A stretch of 63,831 nucleotides of DNA, taken from positions 930,001 to 993,831 of the forward strand of contig NW_027270906.1 of assembly GCF_040938485.1 (NCBI RefSeq), in the 5' to 3' direction. Position numbers and translations under genes: made by a program. The notes under the pieces are model-generated. The model was not told the origin of the DNA, did no database searches, and worked only from the letters and a program-made list of their open reading frames with translations. This DNA is from Diadema antillarum (lineage: Eukaryota). This document shows, piece by piece, positions 12,001-35,268 of this stretch (positions are counted from its first letter, which is position 1; each line of letters opens with the position of its first letter).

Positions 12001-15000
12001 CTCTGACATACAGGATACCATTGCATCTATTTTAACTGTAGTATATGTCATAACACACTATTTTGGTTTATGGGGGAAATTATCTCTTCTATGTACTCTA
12101 CTAGGCTTTTTGGGCTGGAACAACCTTGTACCGTTGAAAAAGCTATTAAAACTGATACTCTGATAGCTGCAGTAATTGTTTGATCTTTCAGGAACACTTA
12201 AGAGACAATAATGTTATGCCTGCATGAAAATATCTTTTTATGCCTCCGCCAACGAAGTGGCTGGAGGCATTATGTTTTCGGGTCGTCCGTCCGTCTGTCC
12301 GTACGTCCGTCCCGTTTTGTTTTTGTCGATATCTCAAGAACCGTGAGGTGGTTTTGCATCAAACATGGTATGAGGGTATATCCTGGGGGGATAATACTTT
12401 GTTTGGATTTTAGGGTCACGGGGTCAAAGGTCAAAGGTCACAGGTTATTTTGTGAAAAAAGGTTGAAATTTCATGTTTTTCTCCATATCTCGCAAATGGT
12501 TCAAGGTATCTTCATGGAACTTAGTATATATGCATGTACCGATGGGCAGTGATTATCTAGGGAAGTTGGAGGTCATGGGTCAAAGGTCAGGGGGGGGTCA
12601 AAGGTCAAGGTCAACTCCTCAAAATATCACTACTTTCCTTATATTTATGCAATGCCTGAAGGATTTTTTTTTAACTTGATGTATGCATGTATAACCCAAT
12701 ATATATTCTGTGGGAAGTTTCTTGCCAAAAGGTTTAAAGGTCAAGTGAAAGTGCTAAATTGCACGTCTTCCTCCATATCTCAAAAGTAACTCAAGGTATT
12801 ATCATGAAACTTACATATTTATGCATGTTCTACCTAACAGTGATTCTCTTTGGAACTGTGAGGTCAAAGGTCAAAGGCCAGGTTTAGATAGTACTATTTT
12901 ACCATTTGATACTGAAATTATACTTTTTCTCAATACCTTGAAAATTACTCAATGCATAAACTTATAAAAGGGTCAAAAGTCAAGTACAAATCATCAGTTC
13001 CCCCAAATACCTGCACTCTGACGTTTTAATCATTCATCCAATTGAACCTAGTTCTAGGAAAGTGAACATTCAGCACATTTGTGGCAAACCTGTCATTTTA
13101 ATATTTTGCCAGTTGTGTGAAACTGTCATCACACATTGTCAAGACATTGTACTATAGACCTATTAGGAGAACCATGCATTATGGCGGAGGCATACCAGTC
13201 GCCATAGCGACATTTCTAGTTCATAGATATTTTTGTTGGCAATCAGTAGCAATCAGTCAAGTAAATATGCAAGAAATCAGTGTTCTATCCCAATTTTTGA
13301 AGGGGTTCTAGCCTTGATACTTTAATTCATGATGTCTGCTTCTCACCTAGCCAAGGGGTGATGAGGATGGTGGTGAGGAGGATGAGAGTCCGCAGAGCAG
13401 AGCAGGAAGACTGCCCCCATCAGACTCTGAGGAGAGTAGCGAGGAGGAGGAAGAGGAATCGGTAGGAATCTTATCCCATGCAGTCAAGAGATTACATCTA
13501 ATGTAGCATGATTGGGGTAACTTACATGTTTTGTTAACCCGTTCAGGACAGTTTGATTTTGCTGCACTTATTCCCCATAGACGCTTGCCCGAGTATACTC
13601 GGGACTCATCCTCACTGGTTTAATGAAACAATACTATCCATATCTTTTGGTGTCAAGTTTAGTAATTGTACTTTGCCTTATCAACAGATAGCAGTGATTT
13701 AAGTGAGTATCACACGATGTGATGCTTTGCAAAGCATGAATAAAAGCAGAATGAAGCTGCAGTATGCCAATGTCAACACCCCAAAATGAAAGAATGGTAG
13801 TAGGAGAGTAAAAAGTGAGTGTAGGTTCTCCAGTGGCATGCTAACTGCTGGCTTGTGTCAAGACATGGTGAGGGTATCAAAATCAACCCAATTCATTCTA
13901 TACTGTAGCAGATGTAGACTTGCTAATTAGAATATAATCACTGTGATATGAAGTTTGTCAACATCCCTCCATAGGAACACACAGTCCATTATATTCCTTT
14001 CTGGCCCTTCATTGTCTGTAGGATCTTGTACAGTTAAACACTCTTAGTTTACCCAATTGTCATAAAAAAAAAAAAAAAAATAGAACAAACAAACGAGTAG
14101 TAGCTTTGATGCTCACTGATATGTGCCATTGGAAATTTACCTGGTATCTGTATATACATGTATATGAGGTACGTGTTCAAATTGAGTTAGCATCTTGTTT
14201 CTGTACTTCACCCTTAATCACTGAAGGAATCGTTTCTTATCTCCTTACAGAAAGGAAAAGGTGTGGAACATCTTATAGAAGTCTCAAATCCCAACAGGAA
14301 ATTGCAGAAGATGCAGAAAGCTTCCAACGTCGATGTCAACCAAGGAGTGCAAAATCTCTCAAGAAGAGAACGGTGAGAAAGCAATTACATAGAAGAGTTT
14401 TCAATGAACTTTTGGATGCCAGTAGTGTGATTGTTGTAATCCTGTCTTTATTGATAAATAAAACAAAGGACATGTTGACATATACCAGGTCCATGGTCCT
14501 ATTCTTTATACATGGCAGGTAATGAAGCACAGATTCTAACAGTGAACAAATTACAATATAGGTATATTTACAGCATATTTTTTAGGTTGACAACAATCAC
14601 ACAAAATCTAAGTGATCACCATTCATTTCCCCATGCAGTACATATACACTGTATTACATTTCTGATTGCTGAAGTGTTAATCCAATTGTACTATTTTTCA
14701 GATTTTTCCTGGATACAATTACATTATTTTGAGTGTGTGATTGTCAATAACGAATGAATCATTTCGTTATTTGTCCAGGATTCGTATCACATCTAAAATA
14801 TGAAATAAATTTTTATTTTTGTAGACTGATTCATAAAGTTAGAAGATTCTTTATGGCATTCTGTTTTATCTGTTTCGTTCTCCAGAGTTTCATTAGAACA
14901 GTCTACCAGTGTATGATGATTTTGTTGCAGTTGTCAACAATATCTTGAATAAGTTACTGTTTTGTTGATATTATGTCACAGCACAGGGTTTGACCGTCGC

Positions 15001-16611
15001 ATGTGCTTCCATAGAACGTTTTTTTTTTTCTTTCGTCAGTCACCATTCTCAACATGTTTCTCACATTTTTTGCCAGTTTAATTTCTGTTGTTGTTATATT
15101 TCCCAGAGAAGAGATAGAGAAGCAGCAAGCGAAGGACCGATACCTCAAGTTCCACGCAGCGGGGAAGACGGAGGAGGCTCGGGCTGACCTGGCAAGGCTA
15201 GCAATCGTTAAGAAGGAGAGAGAGGAGGCGGCCAAGAGGAGGGAACTTGAGGCCAAAGGTCAGTTTACTGTAAAACCAGGCTGCACACTGGCCACTGGTC
15301 GGATGGTCAGGACCAGTAAAAATCACTGTTGGACCAGTAACTTTTTCAAAAATGGACCAGTAATCAAATGGAAAAACTGGGTACCTACTGGTCCAACAGG
15401 GACTGGCCGAACCAGTAGAAAAAAGGGGTTATTGTGCAGCCCTGTGTAAAACCAGACATTTTGCGTGCATGAAATTTTTGTGCATTTTGCAAGGAGCCAA
15501 GATTCGGAAGTCAAAAGCACGGGAGAGTTTTTGTCTACCCACATGCACTGAATGCCAGTCACCAATTCACAAACGTCTCATGCCGCAGATGTTTCTGGGC
15601 TTACAGTATTACTTACGAAATGCTTTCATCATTTACATGCATATTTTGTCCAATAGTACTGATGATAGCGATAACGAAGATGATAAAAGTAGCATTAGTG
15701 GTGAAAAGATATTGATAATGTAAGTGATAGCGATGAATATGATGACAAAGATAATAGTATCAATAATGATAATAATTATAAAAGAGATGAAAATGATAAT
15801 GATGATAATGATTATGATAATAGTAACAATAGTGATAATGATGATGATAGTAATGATGATGATGAGGATGATGATGATGATAGTAATGATGATGATGAGG
15901 ATGATGATGATGGTGATAGGTATGAAGCTGTTGTTTTGCTTTTCCACAGCCTAGTCATTGCTAGCCACTGCTCTTTTGAAGGGCCTTGCAATCAATGAGC
16001 AATGATCATTAGTTCATGAGACCACAGCCCTAATAGCAGTATTAGAGCACTTCCCTTCAGTACTTCCTGTTTAATAGTCAATACACATGTATGACTGTGA
16101 TTGTTATCACAATCGCCATTCCTAAAATCATTGATTAAATCAGTCAATGAAATCAATGAAAATCATTACAGAATGTAAGAAGTAGTCGAGGTGGTAAGGA
16201 ACTAGAAACTCTTTACTATCCTAAAATGTGGCATTTTATATCTTTGGATATCAATAGAACTTCAGTTATTTTCTGCGTCATATGAATATATGTACAGTTG
16301 TAGATGTAGAGAGCATCAACTGGCTGTATGTCTGGATCTCTGACCATCTGAGTATTTTTTCATGTCAATGAAACAGTGTGCTGGGTTAGAGAGTCATCTT
16401 TTGAGAGAAAATGATTAATTGTTTCATCTTTGTCTCTTTCCTCATTGCGTCCTTTTTCTGCTGTCATTCTGCTTTATGTGTCTGTCCAAAATCTGTTTGT
16501 GTGTATGTCTGTCTGTCGGTCTATGTCTCCATCTCTCTCATTCGGTGCCTGCCTCCTTTTTGATTTGTTTGTACAGCAAAAGAATCTCAAAAGGCCAAAG
16601 GCAAGAAATGA
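9064..16611 (+). CDS. PDAP1: 28 kDa heat- and acid-stable phosphoprotein (PDGFA-associated protein 1), 179 aa
   Basis: Coding exons 9064-9076, 11474-11580, 13351-13461, 14251-14372, 15107-15258, 16577-16611 (540 nt). All introns are GT-AG and phases agree. Protein: [25 protein letters not shown]...[14 protein letters not shown]...[51 protein letters not shown]... Confidence 0.95.
9675..11157. mobile_element. Old pogo/Tc1-mariner-like non-autonomous element in PDAP1 intron 1
   Basis: Degenerate TIRs (GAGTAAAATATCCCGTTTGCGG and CCGAAAACTGGGGATTTTCCTC) flanked by TA. The interior at about 10600-11100 is clearly homologous to about 31900-32390. Confidence 0.55.
12236..13221 (+). mobile_element. 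Helentron/HINE-like element in PDAP1 intron 2
   Basis: 5' TTATGCCTCCGCC followed by a (GTCC)n-like tract, inverted subterminal GGCGGAGGCA at 13183-13192, hairpin GTCGC-CATA-GCGAC at 13198-13211, and CTAGTT end. A 5' fragment of the same type lies near 5457-5500. Confidence 0.75.
13533..13624. mobile_element. Possible piggyBac-like MITE remnant with a 16-bp palindrome
   Basis: TTAA-CCCGTTCAGG start, CCCGAGTATACTCGGG palindrome at 13588-13603, TTAA near the right end. The right TIR is poorly matched. Confidence 0.35.
15277..15444. mobile_element. hAT-type MITE (168 bp) in PDAP1 intron 5
   Basis: TIRs CAGGCTGCACA and TGTGCAGCCCTG. Perfect 8-bp TSD TGTAAAAC at 15269-15276 and 15445-15452. Confidence 0.9.
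15710..15920. repeat. Degenerate (ATG/ATA/GAT)n trinucleotide tract
   Basis: Visible directly. It accounts for the poly-M and poly-I ORFs 15724-15954 and 15633-15947. Confidence 0.9.
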
Positions 16612-17332
16612 CGACGGAGACGGCCAATATTTTCTCATGTCTGTGAGCGCAACTACATCTCTGCAATGCTAGTAAGCCTGCAATAAGAATGGTCGCCCTG
16701 GGTCATCTTTCTGGAAAACGTCCACGTACTGGCAAGAAGATAAGCGAATATACCATGTCAGCGGTGGTGTGCCCACCCACTCCACCGGAGGGAAAGAAAT
16801 GGATATGATTGCATTGGATGCCCGATGCAGAATTCCACCGTGTCAAGCAAATGTGATTTTTTTTTGAACGGCTACTTCAAGATCTTAATTCCCCCCGTAG
16901 TAGATGTTTTTGTTTTGTCTTTGTTTTATTTTGTTTTTAGTATGTATATACCATCTTGAGATAGACTTCCTGTCAACAATTACTCCAAATACCAGGGGTG
17001 AATGCATGCATAATATATTATGAAAGAAGGAGGGGTAACTGTCCACTGGTTGGGGGGGGGGGGGGGGGTGGGGGACGGAAGACATGCTGAGGAAGGCATA
17101 GAAAATGGACGTTGGTTACTTGTTCAGAACAATTTTGATGTGGTCAACATATCGCAGACAGTCAATTTAAAAATGTTACCAAATATTGTCAGTCCATAAG
17201 TAGTTGTCCATTAGATAAGATTTCTGATATTTCACCTGTGAGATCCTGTTAGATCACTGTGAAACATCAAAATACAGTTAGTAGTGTAGCGTGCAGCATT
17301 CATATGCAAAAAAGGCTCTATTTCAGTAAGAT

Positions 17333-17504
17333 CTGGGGGGTGTTTCATCAACGTTTGTCGGCGCTGAAAACTTGAATAACCATAGTAACAGTCAGTGACC
17401 AGAGCATCTCAGCCAATCAAAACCAAGGATTTTGCTGAAATTGGTCAGCCTCGACAGCGGCGACAGTTGTTGGCGCTGACAAGCGATGATGAAACACCCC
17501 CCAG
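17333..17504. mobile_element. MITE with an 18-bp perfect inverted terminus
   Basis: CTGGGGGGTGTTTCATCA (17333-17350) and TGATGAAACACCCCCCAG (17487-17504). Confidence 0.8.
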
Positions 17505-17679
17505 TATTTCAGTGGGATATTGTCTGTAATCAATTGAGTCTGTTGCTTTTTATACCAGAGCCGCGAGTTGTTTGCTAGTTGTCAAATGATAGGGAATAGC
17601 CATGCCCTGTGGCTTCATATCATTGTTCAAGTCTTTATATTTACTCAAGGATTACGTGCCATAATCTGGCTCCATTTTA

Positions 17680-17850
17680 CAGTGGCGGATCCAGGGAGGA
17701 CTGCAACCGGTGCATGCCCCCCCTCCCTTTATTTTTTGTTGAAACAAAAGAAATGAAAAAAAATTGGGGGGAGGGGTGCGTGCGCCCCCCCCCCCCCCTT
17801 TAATTTTGTAAACGCACCCCCTCTTTACAGAATTCCTGGATCCACCCCTG
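17680..17850. mobile_element. hAT-like MITE
   Basis: TIRs CAGTGGCGGATCCAGG and CCTGGATCCACCCCTG, flanked by the direct repeat CATTTTA (17673-17679 and 17851-17857). A right-end fragment of the same family lies near 5110-5146. Confidence 0.8.
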
Positions 17851-18511
17851 CATTTTATTTATGCATTGAAGATGAATCATACATACACCTAGTGGCTTCC
17901 ATTTTGTTGGTTTCTCATCACAAAGCACAACTCTTTGCTTATCAATCAATGTGCAAAACAAAGCTCACATGTCCATCTGTTGCAGTTCAGATGTTACGGT
18001 CATACACATGCTCAGATTCCTCAGCAAGTATCGCATAGATACGTAGGGGATGCTCTGCAATCCCCCCCCCCCCCCCCCCATGTGAAATAGCATTGTTCTG
18101 CCAGTCACTCATGAAAAATAAGAGATGAATTGAAATAATGGACTGTAATTTCATATCGCAATCAGCTCTGTGTATCTTCAAGTCCACTTTAAGTGGAAAT
18201 AGTGCAAAAATTTCCTCAGATTCAACGTCAGAAACGGTTGTTGATTTGAATTGTGGTCATGTTATAGCAAATTACCAAAAATCGAGTCTTGAGTTGTTGG
18301 GAGAGAGAGGGAGAAAAAAACAACATATCAATTTCAACTCCGAGTTTATGAATTTTTGTGAATATATTGTGCCGGTCAATTAAGAATATATTACTTTAGT
18401 AGTCAAATATATGCTTTAGTGTGGCAGAGTATAGTGGCTTCGCGAATTTTTCAGAAATTTTGTGGCAAAGTGCTATTTATCTCTCACCTGCCTCCATTCA
18501 GTGTGGAATTG

Positions 18512-18705
18512 ACTGTGAAAGTGGAAATTTTCATGTGAGTAATTTTGTTGTGTTTGGTCGGGCAAGATGAATTTTGAGTATTCTTAATGTCACAGAATCA
18601 TAACATTGAATAGTGTTCCATATACGGAGCAAATATATTGCATGCTTTTATTTTCGCGCTAATTTCTGGTCGCGCAGTGTGCACGAAAATTTCTACTTTT
18701 ACAGT
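18512..18705. mobile_element. MITE (CTGT...ACAG family)
   Basis: ACTGTGAAAGTGGAAATTTTC and GAAAATTTCTACTTTTACAGT are imperfect inverted termini. It resembles 21608-21805. Confidence 0.7.
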
Positions 18706-20858
18706 ATTCCACTTCCACAAGCCTTGCAGGAAGGACTATTGGTAGTCTTGTGTGTAACTTGGCTGGTCTTGAGGTAGAGATATTTCATTTTCTAAATTGG
18801 GAATTAACTGCTTCTTATGTTTCTTTAAAGAAGAACGTGTCTTGTGAATAGATACGCAGAACATTCATGTTCCTCATAAAACAACATGTGTACGAAGTCT
18901 TAAAAATGTGAGTTTTTGCTGGCTTCTGAGTTACATCATGTGGCATGTCTGAAAACTTAATGGTCAGAGATCGAGATGGTGGCATAAGAAAAACAAAGTG
19001 ATAGATTCTGTGTCAAAGCCACACCAAGAATATGATCTGGTGTGTCCATTCCACTTTGAATGGTCAATCATGAGTTCCAGTTAAGATCAGAAGATATGTA
19101 CGCAGGCCTGCCTAAAGCCTGTAGCTCTTTTAACTAGTAGGTACACTAACATACCAGTACATCATTAGTGTGTTCTAGACAGGGGGTTATTCTGTAAGAT
19201 TCCTCCCTAGATAATATCTCTTGGTTCTCATTATGCAATATGTCATTTATTAAAGGTTAAAATAACATATGACCCTTAAATGTCAATACACAGTTGTATA
19301 TGAAATTCCTTGGGGAACAGCAAAATATTGTGTGAATAAAATGATCGTCTTGGGACTGCCTAGGATTTTCAGGTAATGGCTTTTGGCAAACAGTTTCAGC
19401 TTTTGTTTCGTTTTTGTTTTTGTTTGTTATTTTTACTGCCAGAAGTGGAAACAAAATGCTGAATGCAGGGAATATTGTGGGCAGGACAAGCAGCATTATA
19501 ATATGATGTGAAATTTTGTACAAAGTATAGACTTTCCTAATGTCGTGTAGCTAGCAAAGTTTCCATGAAGGGTCACTGACAGTGAATTGTCATCCGACAT
19601 AATATTATTTCTCCTCAGTTTTGTCTTGCTCTATTCTGTCTTTTGCTTCATATGATGTCAAAGCCATTATAATCATTATTGCTGTTTTTTTTTGTTTTTT
19701 TTACAATTCAATGTTTGCATTTTCTGAAATGTATTTATGAACTAGTATGCATTTATAATTATATGTGTACTACTTTAGTACATGATATTTTGAAGAAGCT
19801 GCAAATCAGTCTCGTTGAAAAAATTATCTATCGTTGATGTCTCCTCCACGTAATGTGTACCCAGAATGTAACAAGTTTGTGTCACTTTTCTTCAGTTTGG
19901 TTATGATTTCAGTGACATACAGAAAAAACTGTAATAGGGTTGTGCAGCATTCACTGCCTTATTTGCTGTACTTAAAATATTTGTCTATTAACTCTCTTTG
20001 TTGCAAATCTAGTCATGTTCTGCACATAAATACTCATGTATAGCAAGACTTTCATCCCTATGGATTTTCATGGTTTCAAAGCTACAGACTGTATACATTT
20101 TTATTATTATCTTTTTTTTTTTTCATGGGGGAGAGGGCCGATGAATTGATCTTGGTAATATCTTTTCATATTTCTTTTCTGAGTTTACTTCCCTCTTATT
20201 AATTAAGTTCTTATTTTTGTGTTTCGTTCTTATTTTTGTGTTTCGTTCTCCTTCACATTATGTTTGGAATAGAGCACTCACAAGCCTACTTACTTCACTT
20301 GTGATATACTGGTATGTAATAGTGTATGTCTCAATTCAATTCTTTATTATTTCATTGGCACTGCATGCCTCAGAAGTGCATCTCTGTGGATTGTTTATGT
20401 AATAAAGATTTAACTCCACCTCAGAAATCTCAGTGTATGTATATGTGTATGTGTATGAAGATTTCCACATGGGATGGGTTATACTCCTAGATAAATGCAA
20501 CCCTCCACTGGACTGGACAATATTCACAACTGCAATGATAATGTATGTGTGTATGTCTGTGTGTTTGGGTCTCTGTGTCTTGTATACACGGTGTATCTCT
20601 GTATGCAAGCATTCATCGCTACCATGCGAGTACCATGTAAATACTGCAGGTGAAGTCATATACCAGGTTGCTACAACACACACGCACACACACACACACA
20701 ACACACTGCAGACCCACTCCGTTTATCAGTAAAGCCAGTTTGGCTGTAAATTTTTCATACAAGAGGCTTTGTATGGAGTTAACTTTGTACATTGTACATT
20801 TGTTCTGAATATTCATTTATTGCACAATACAGTGCATATCAGCTGGAGTATATTTTGT

Positions 20859-20894
<36 letters not shown>

Positions 20895-21607
20895 AGTTGT
20901 GGATACATTTGTATGTTTGAAGCCAAAACAGTTTTCTCGTGTGCTTGCAGAACTAAATTTTTGCTAATCTGTACACTTATGTATAAGGAATGTGTGAAAG
21001 AATGCAATTACAATTAGGTAGTGATGAAAATGTGAAACAGTAACCAATATGGTTCACACAAAGTATTTCAGTTTCAGAGCTTACCCAATCATCCTTGCTA
21101 CGGAATGTTATACATTCGATAACATCAATTACAATATATTGGTCCATAATGGTATCCATCGCTCACGTGGGTGAACTGCTTGCAGTCTGTTCTGCGTGTG
21201 ATTCAAAACTACTGCTTGGACATGATTCAATCATCACCAACCAGCAGCATTCTACACACCCACTAATGACTGGGGAGGGCACTCCCTTGCGGAATAAAAG
21301 TTGGTATACCAACTATTTCACACTCTTTGATCTCAAAATAATACATTGTACTACAAAACAACTCGATATCCTGACAAATGGTGTCTGTCGGCCAGACAAG
21401 TTTCTTGATAGATCTTTCCGATATATAGCAAGCAAATTCAAAATGGTAGAAGATGAATGTTAGAGTCTCGCTAAGTACTATGTTTCAGCTTTAAGAAAAT
21501 GGGCAAGAGTTGTCTCTCTTTCATAAACAAGCACAGATACACAGACAGACACACTTCTCTGCACACCCACACACACCCTCTTCACTGACCACGTATCCTC
21601 TCGGTTA

Positions 21608-21805
21608 CTGTAAAACGAGGAATTTTCGCGTGCATTTGAATTTCGCGAGCGCCAAGATTCGCAAAATTAAAATGCACGCAAAAGTTCTTGTCTACACTAT
21701 ATGCATTGAACGCCAGTGGCAATTCGCGAAAATTTCATGCCGCAAAAAAGGCGGTCAGCTCCAATTCGCAAAAAATTCATGCCGCGAATATATCACGTTT
21801 TACAG
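21608..21805. mobile_element. TA-flanked MITE
   Basis: TA-CTGTAAAACG...CGTTTTACAG-TA, with internal TTCGCG repeats. Confidence 0.85.
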
Positions 21806-23275
21806 TATTTTGAACAACATAGACGACACCATAATTGAAGTCTTCTCAAAGGAAGACAACACAAACATAACATATGAAAGAAATGCATCATAAAACTCCA
21901 TTAATTGTACATTGACATATTTGTGATATATTTTAAACATACCTTTCAATATCATCTGAAGTGGAATTGTGACATGGCCTATGCAGTGGTACAATGTCAA
22001 TTTTTTTCGGTGAAATTTACTATTATATGCACACTGAAAGGTAAATTCATATTTCTCCATGTCATATAAACAACTTGACAATATCAACATAGACTGATAT
22101 CATTTTAACAGAATGTCAGCTAATTTTGTTCTGTGTTTTTTGTTGTTGTTTTTTATGACAAGTACAAAATAATGACTCATTTTCTATTCCAAAGGATGAC
22201 TTACAACTTATTTGTAGAATCTATGGAATTGCAGTGACACTCCCAAAACAACTTTTAATGTTAGAACCGGTAAATCACGTACTGGAAATCCTTATTCCTT
22301 TCAATCTCATCTTACTGCTCATCAAGATGGGCTGAAACTTGGATGGATAAAATTCTTATCTCGAAACTTTAAGTATATTCTATTCAATGTACTCTGATTT
22401 TCTCCATGCACATCTAATTTTGAGGAATGCACATCTTTAACTCATTAATTTGGTTGGACAGAACTGGGACCACTAATGTGGGCCATGGCAAATCACTGCC
22501 AACTTACCCAATGGCTTCTATCTTGAAAGATTCAGAGCTCAATATCAACCTTAAAATTTTACTTCCAGGTTGACTGTACACGAAAACTGAACTTTCAAAC
22601 TTTCAAGTTGTCAAGTTGTGCATCTCTACCCTCAAATATAACAGCAAGCAAGTTTATTATTTGAATTTTAACTGAAATTTAATTGCAAAGGGATGAACAG
22701 TAGATGCAACTATTTCCCAAGAGCTGATAAACATGCATGGTTTAGGCACCACAGCAAAAAAAAACCTTGCAAAAATCATATGTCATACATCCCCAAGTTT
22801 TTGGAAAAAAAAAAAAACCTTGCTAAAATCGTACATCACATGTCTCCAAGTTTGTTATAATTGGCTGGCTTACTCACAAATTATAACATGCAAGTTTCAA
22901 ATATATCACAAATCTTATTGCATCTTTGTCCTATTGAAATGAGCTAGGCTCACAGAAGATTTGTGCTGGACCACAGGATTTTCATCCCAGAATTTTTTTT
23001 TTTCTTGCCATTGTAGGAAATGGCAAAATAACAATATGAAACAGGAATACATTCAACCCACAGAATTAATGAGACTAAAGACTGATGGTTCACACAGACT
23101 GCATCCCGCACTGCTCGAAGTCACGAGGGGCAAACAGGACGTGGCTATAATGATGATTGTGTAGCCTATGGTTGCATTTTTTGTCAGTCCTTTCTGAGTG
23201 GGAGAAAGTTTGGGTGAGGGCGAGCAGTGTCTCTTCTGAACGGTGTCCATTGGTGTCATGGTAAGGGTGCCATAC

Positions 23276-33088
<9,813 letters not shown>

Positions 33089-33488
33089 GTTTAATTTAGG
33101 TCCCGAGCCAGTTACGTCTCAAGTGAAGGGAGCGTTCGCTGATTTTCTCAACTTGCGTAATCGATGCACGCCCTCTAGTGTCATACACGAGAGAATGTCG
33201 CTTGTTACATCATGCGAAAAATCGACAGTGGGGAAAAAAGAGGGATCCCCGGAGGAAAGCGCCATTTAATAAAAAGTTGATATGATAGCAACTCTTGCTG
33301 GAATGGCAATTGTCATAGTAACGTCAAGAATCCAGCGCCCTGATTGGCTGTAGCTATGGGAAATTGCCATTCCACAAGAGTTGCCACCCTAACATTTTGT
33401 GCATTATTTCTTTCTTTGCGATCCGTTCCGCAACTTTGTGAAGTTATCAACATTATTTTTAAGGTGAAATTGATTGAGATACCGTAGT

Positions 33489-35268
33489 CAGTGGCGTATC
33501 TAGGGGGGGGGGGGGGGGGGGGGGGCAAGGGGGGCACGTGCCCCGGGCGCCACTCCTTGGGGGCGCAGAAAACGAAAAAAAAACGAAAAAAAAAGAAGAA
33601 GAAAAAGAAAAAAAACGAAGAAGAAGAAAAAAGAAAAAAGAAGAGAAGAAGAAGAAGAAAAAGAAGAAGAAAAAAACTCGCCCGGAGGGGGGGGGGGGGG
33701 GGGCAGAAAACCAAATCAAACAAGATAAAAACAAAACATGATGATGACGCGGACAAAATGACAATGGTTATTGTGTTCACACAAGAATTCCATGTTCTGT
33801 CAGCTGAAATACAAAAATTTTCGGCTCGCTCGCTGCGTTCGCTCGCCAAAATTTATATAAATAAAGAAGGTTAGAACAAAACGTGATGATGACGCGGACA
33901 AAATGACAATGTCTATTGTGTTCACACATGTCATTTTATATCTAGCAAGCAAAATGTTTCACGGAGCAGCGGCTGCAATTTCTTTCGTTCTGAAGCGATC
34001 GCCAATTGGATCAAAAGAATGCGCCAACGGTTTCGAACATATGGGGGGGGGGGGGGGAGGGGGCGCAAAAAAATCAAGCAAGATAAGAACAAAACGTAAT
34101 GATGACGAGGAAATATGCAAATTTCGACTCACTCGCTCGTACAATTTAGAGTATTTTTTTCAAATCCACAGTTTCTTGGTATAAATCGTTATCTATAAGG
34201 CCGTCACTATTATCTTGATTAGGATTGTAAGATTAAATACAGTGTAAGTAAAAAATGACAAGAATTCCATGTTTTGTAAGCTGAAATACAAAAAAATTCG
34301 GCTCGCTCGCTGCGCTCGCTCGCCAAAATTTATCCAAAAAAAAAAAAAAAAGAAAAGAAGAAGATGTGACGATGACGCGCACAAAATGACAATATCTATT
34401 GTGTTCACACATGTCATTTTATATTAAGCAGGAAAAATATTACACGGAGCAGCGGCTGCAATTTCATTCGTTCTGAAGCGATCGCCGATTGGATCAAGAG
34501 AGGACGCCAACAGTTTCGAACAAAATGAAGGGGGGGACGCAAAAAAAAAAAACAAATCAAAAAAGATAAGAACAAAACGTAATGATGACGCGGAAATATG
34601 CAAATTTCGGCTCACTCGCCTCGTACTAATTTAGAGTACTAGTATTATAAGTCCTCAGTTTGTTGGTATAAATCGTTATCTATAAGGTCGTCACTATATC
34701 TTGATTAGAATTGTAAGATTTAATAAGCAAAAATGACAAGAATTCCATGTTTTGTAAGCTGAAATACCACAATTTTCGGCTCGCTCGCTGCGCTCGCTCG
34801 CCAAAATTTATATCCAAAAAGAAAAAAAAAGAAAAAAGAGATAAGAACAAAACGTGATGATGACGTGGAAATATACAAATTTCGGCTAACTCGCGCGTAC
34901 TAATTTAGAGTACTTTTGAAATTCCTCATGCAGTTTGTTGGTATAAATCGTTATCTATAAAGCCGTCACTATATCTTGATTGCAATTGTAAGATTTGATT
35001 AGCAAAAAATGACAAGAATTCCATGTTTTGTAAGCTGAAATACCAAAATTTTCGGCTCGCTCGCTGCGCTCGCTCGCCAAAATTTATCAAAATTCACTAC
35101 ATTTAAATCACCCTCAAAGGACCCCTTTAAAGTGCTTGAAAAAGCATATCATGTGGACTTTGTTTAAAGTCCCTACCGGGATGGGGTTGGGTTTGAACAC
35201 TTTTTCAGAAATTAGGGGCGCAATTTTCGCGCTTGCCCCGTGCGCCGTTTTCCCTAGATACGCCACTG
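33489..35268. mobile_element. Non-autonomous hAT element (1780 bp) with internal tandem repeats, upstream of ETFA
   Basis: Perfect 17-bp TIR CAGTGGCGTATCTAGGG and perfect 8-bp TSD ACCGTAGT (33481-33488 and 35269-35276). The internal repeat anchor ACAAGAATTCCATGTT occurs near 33781, 34258, 34736 and 35011. Confidence 0.95.

Noticed and set aside
33313-33874. Long K/R/F/P-rich ORFs
   Set aside because: They are low-complexity translations of the hAT element's A-rich and G-rich tracts, not a transposase.
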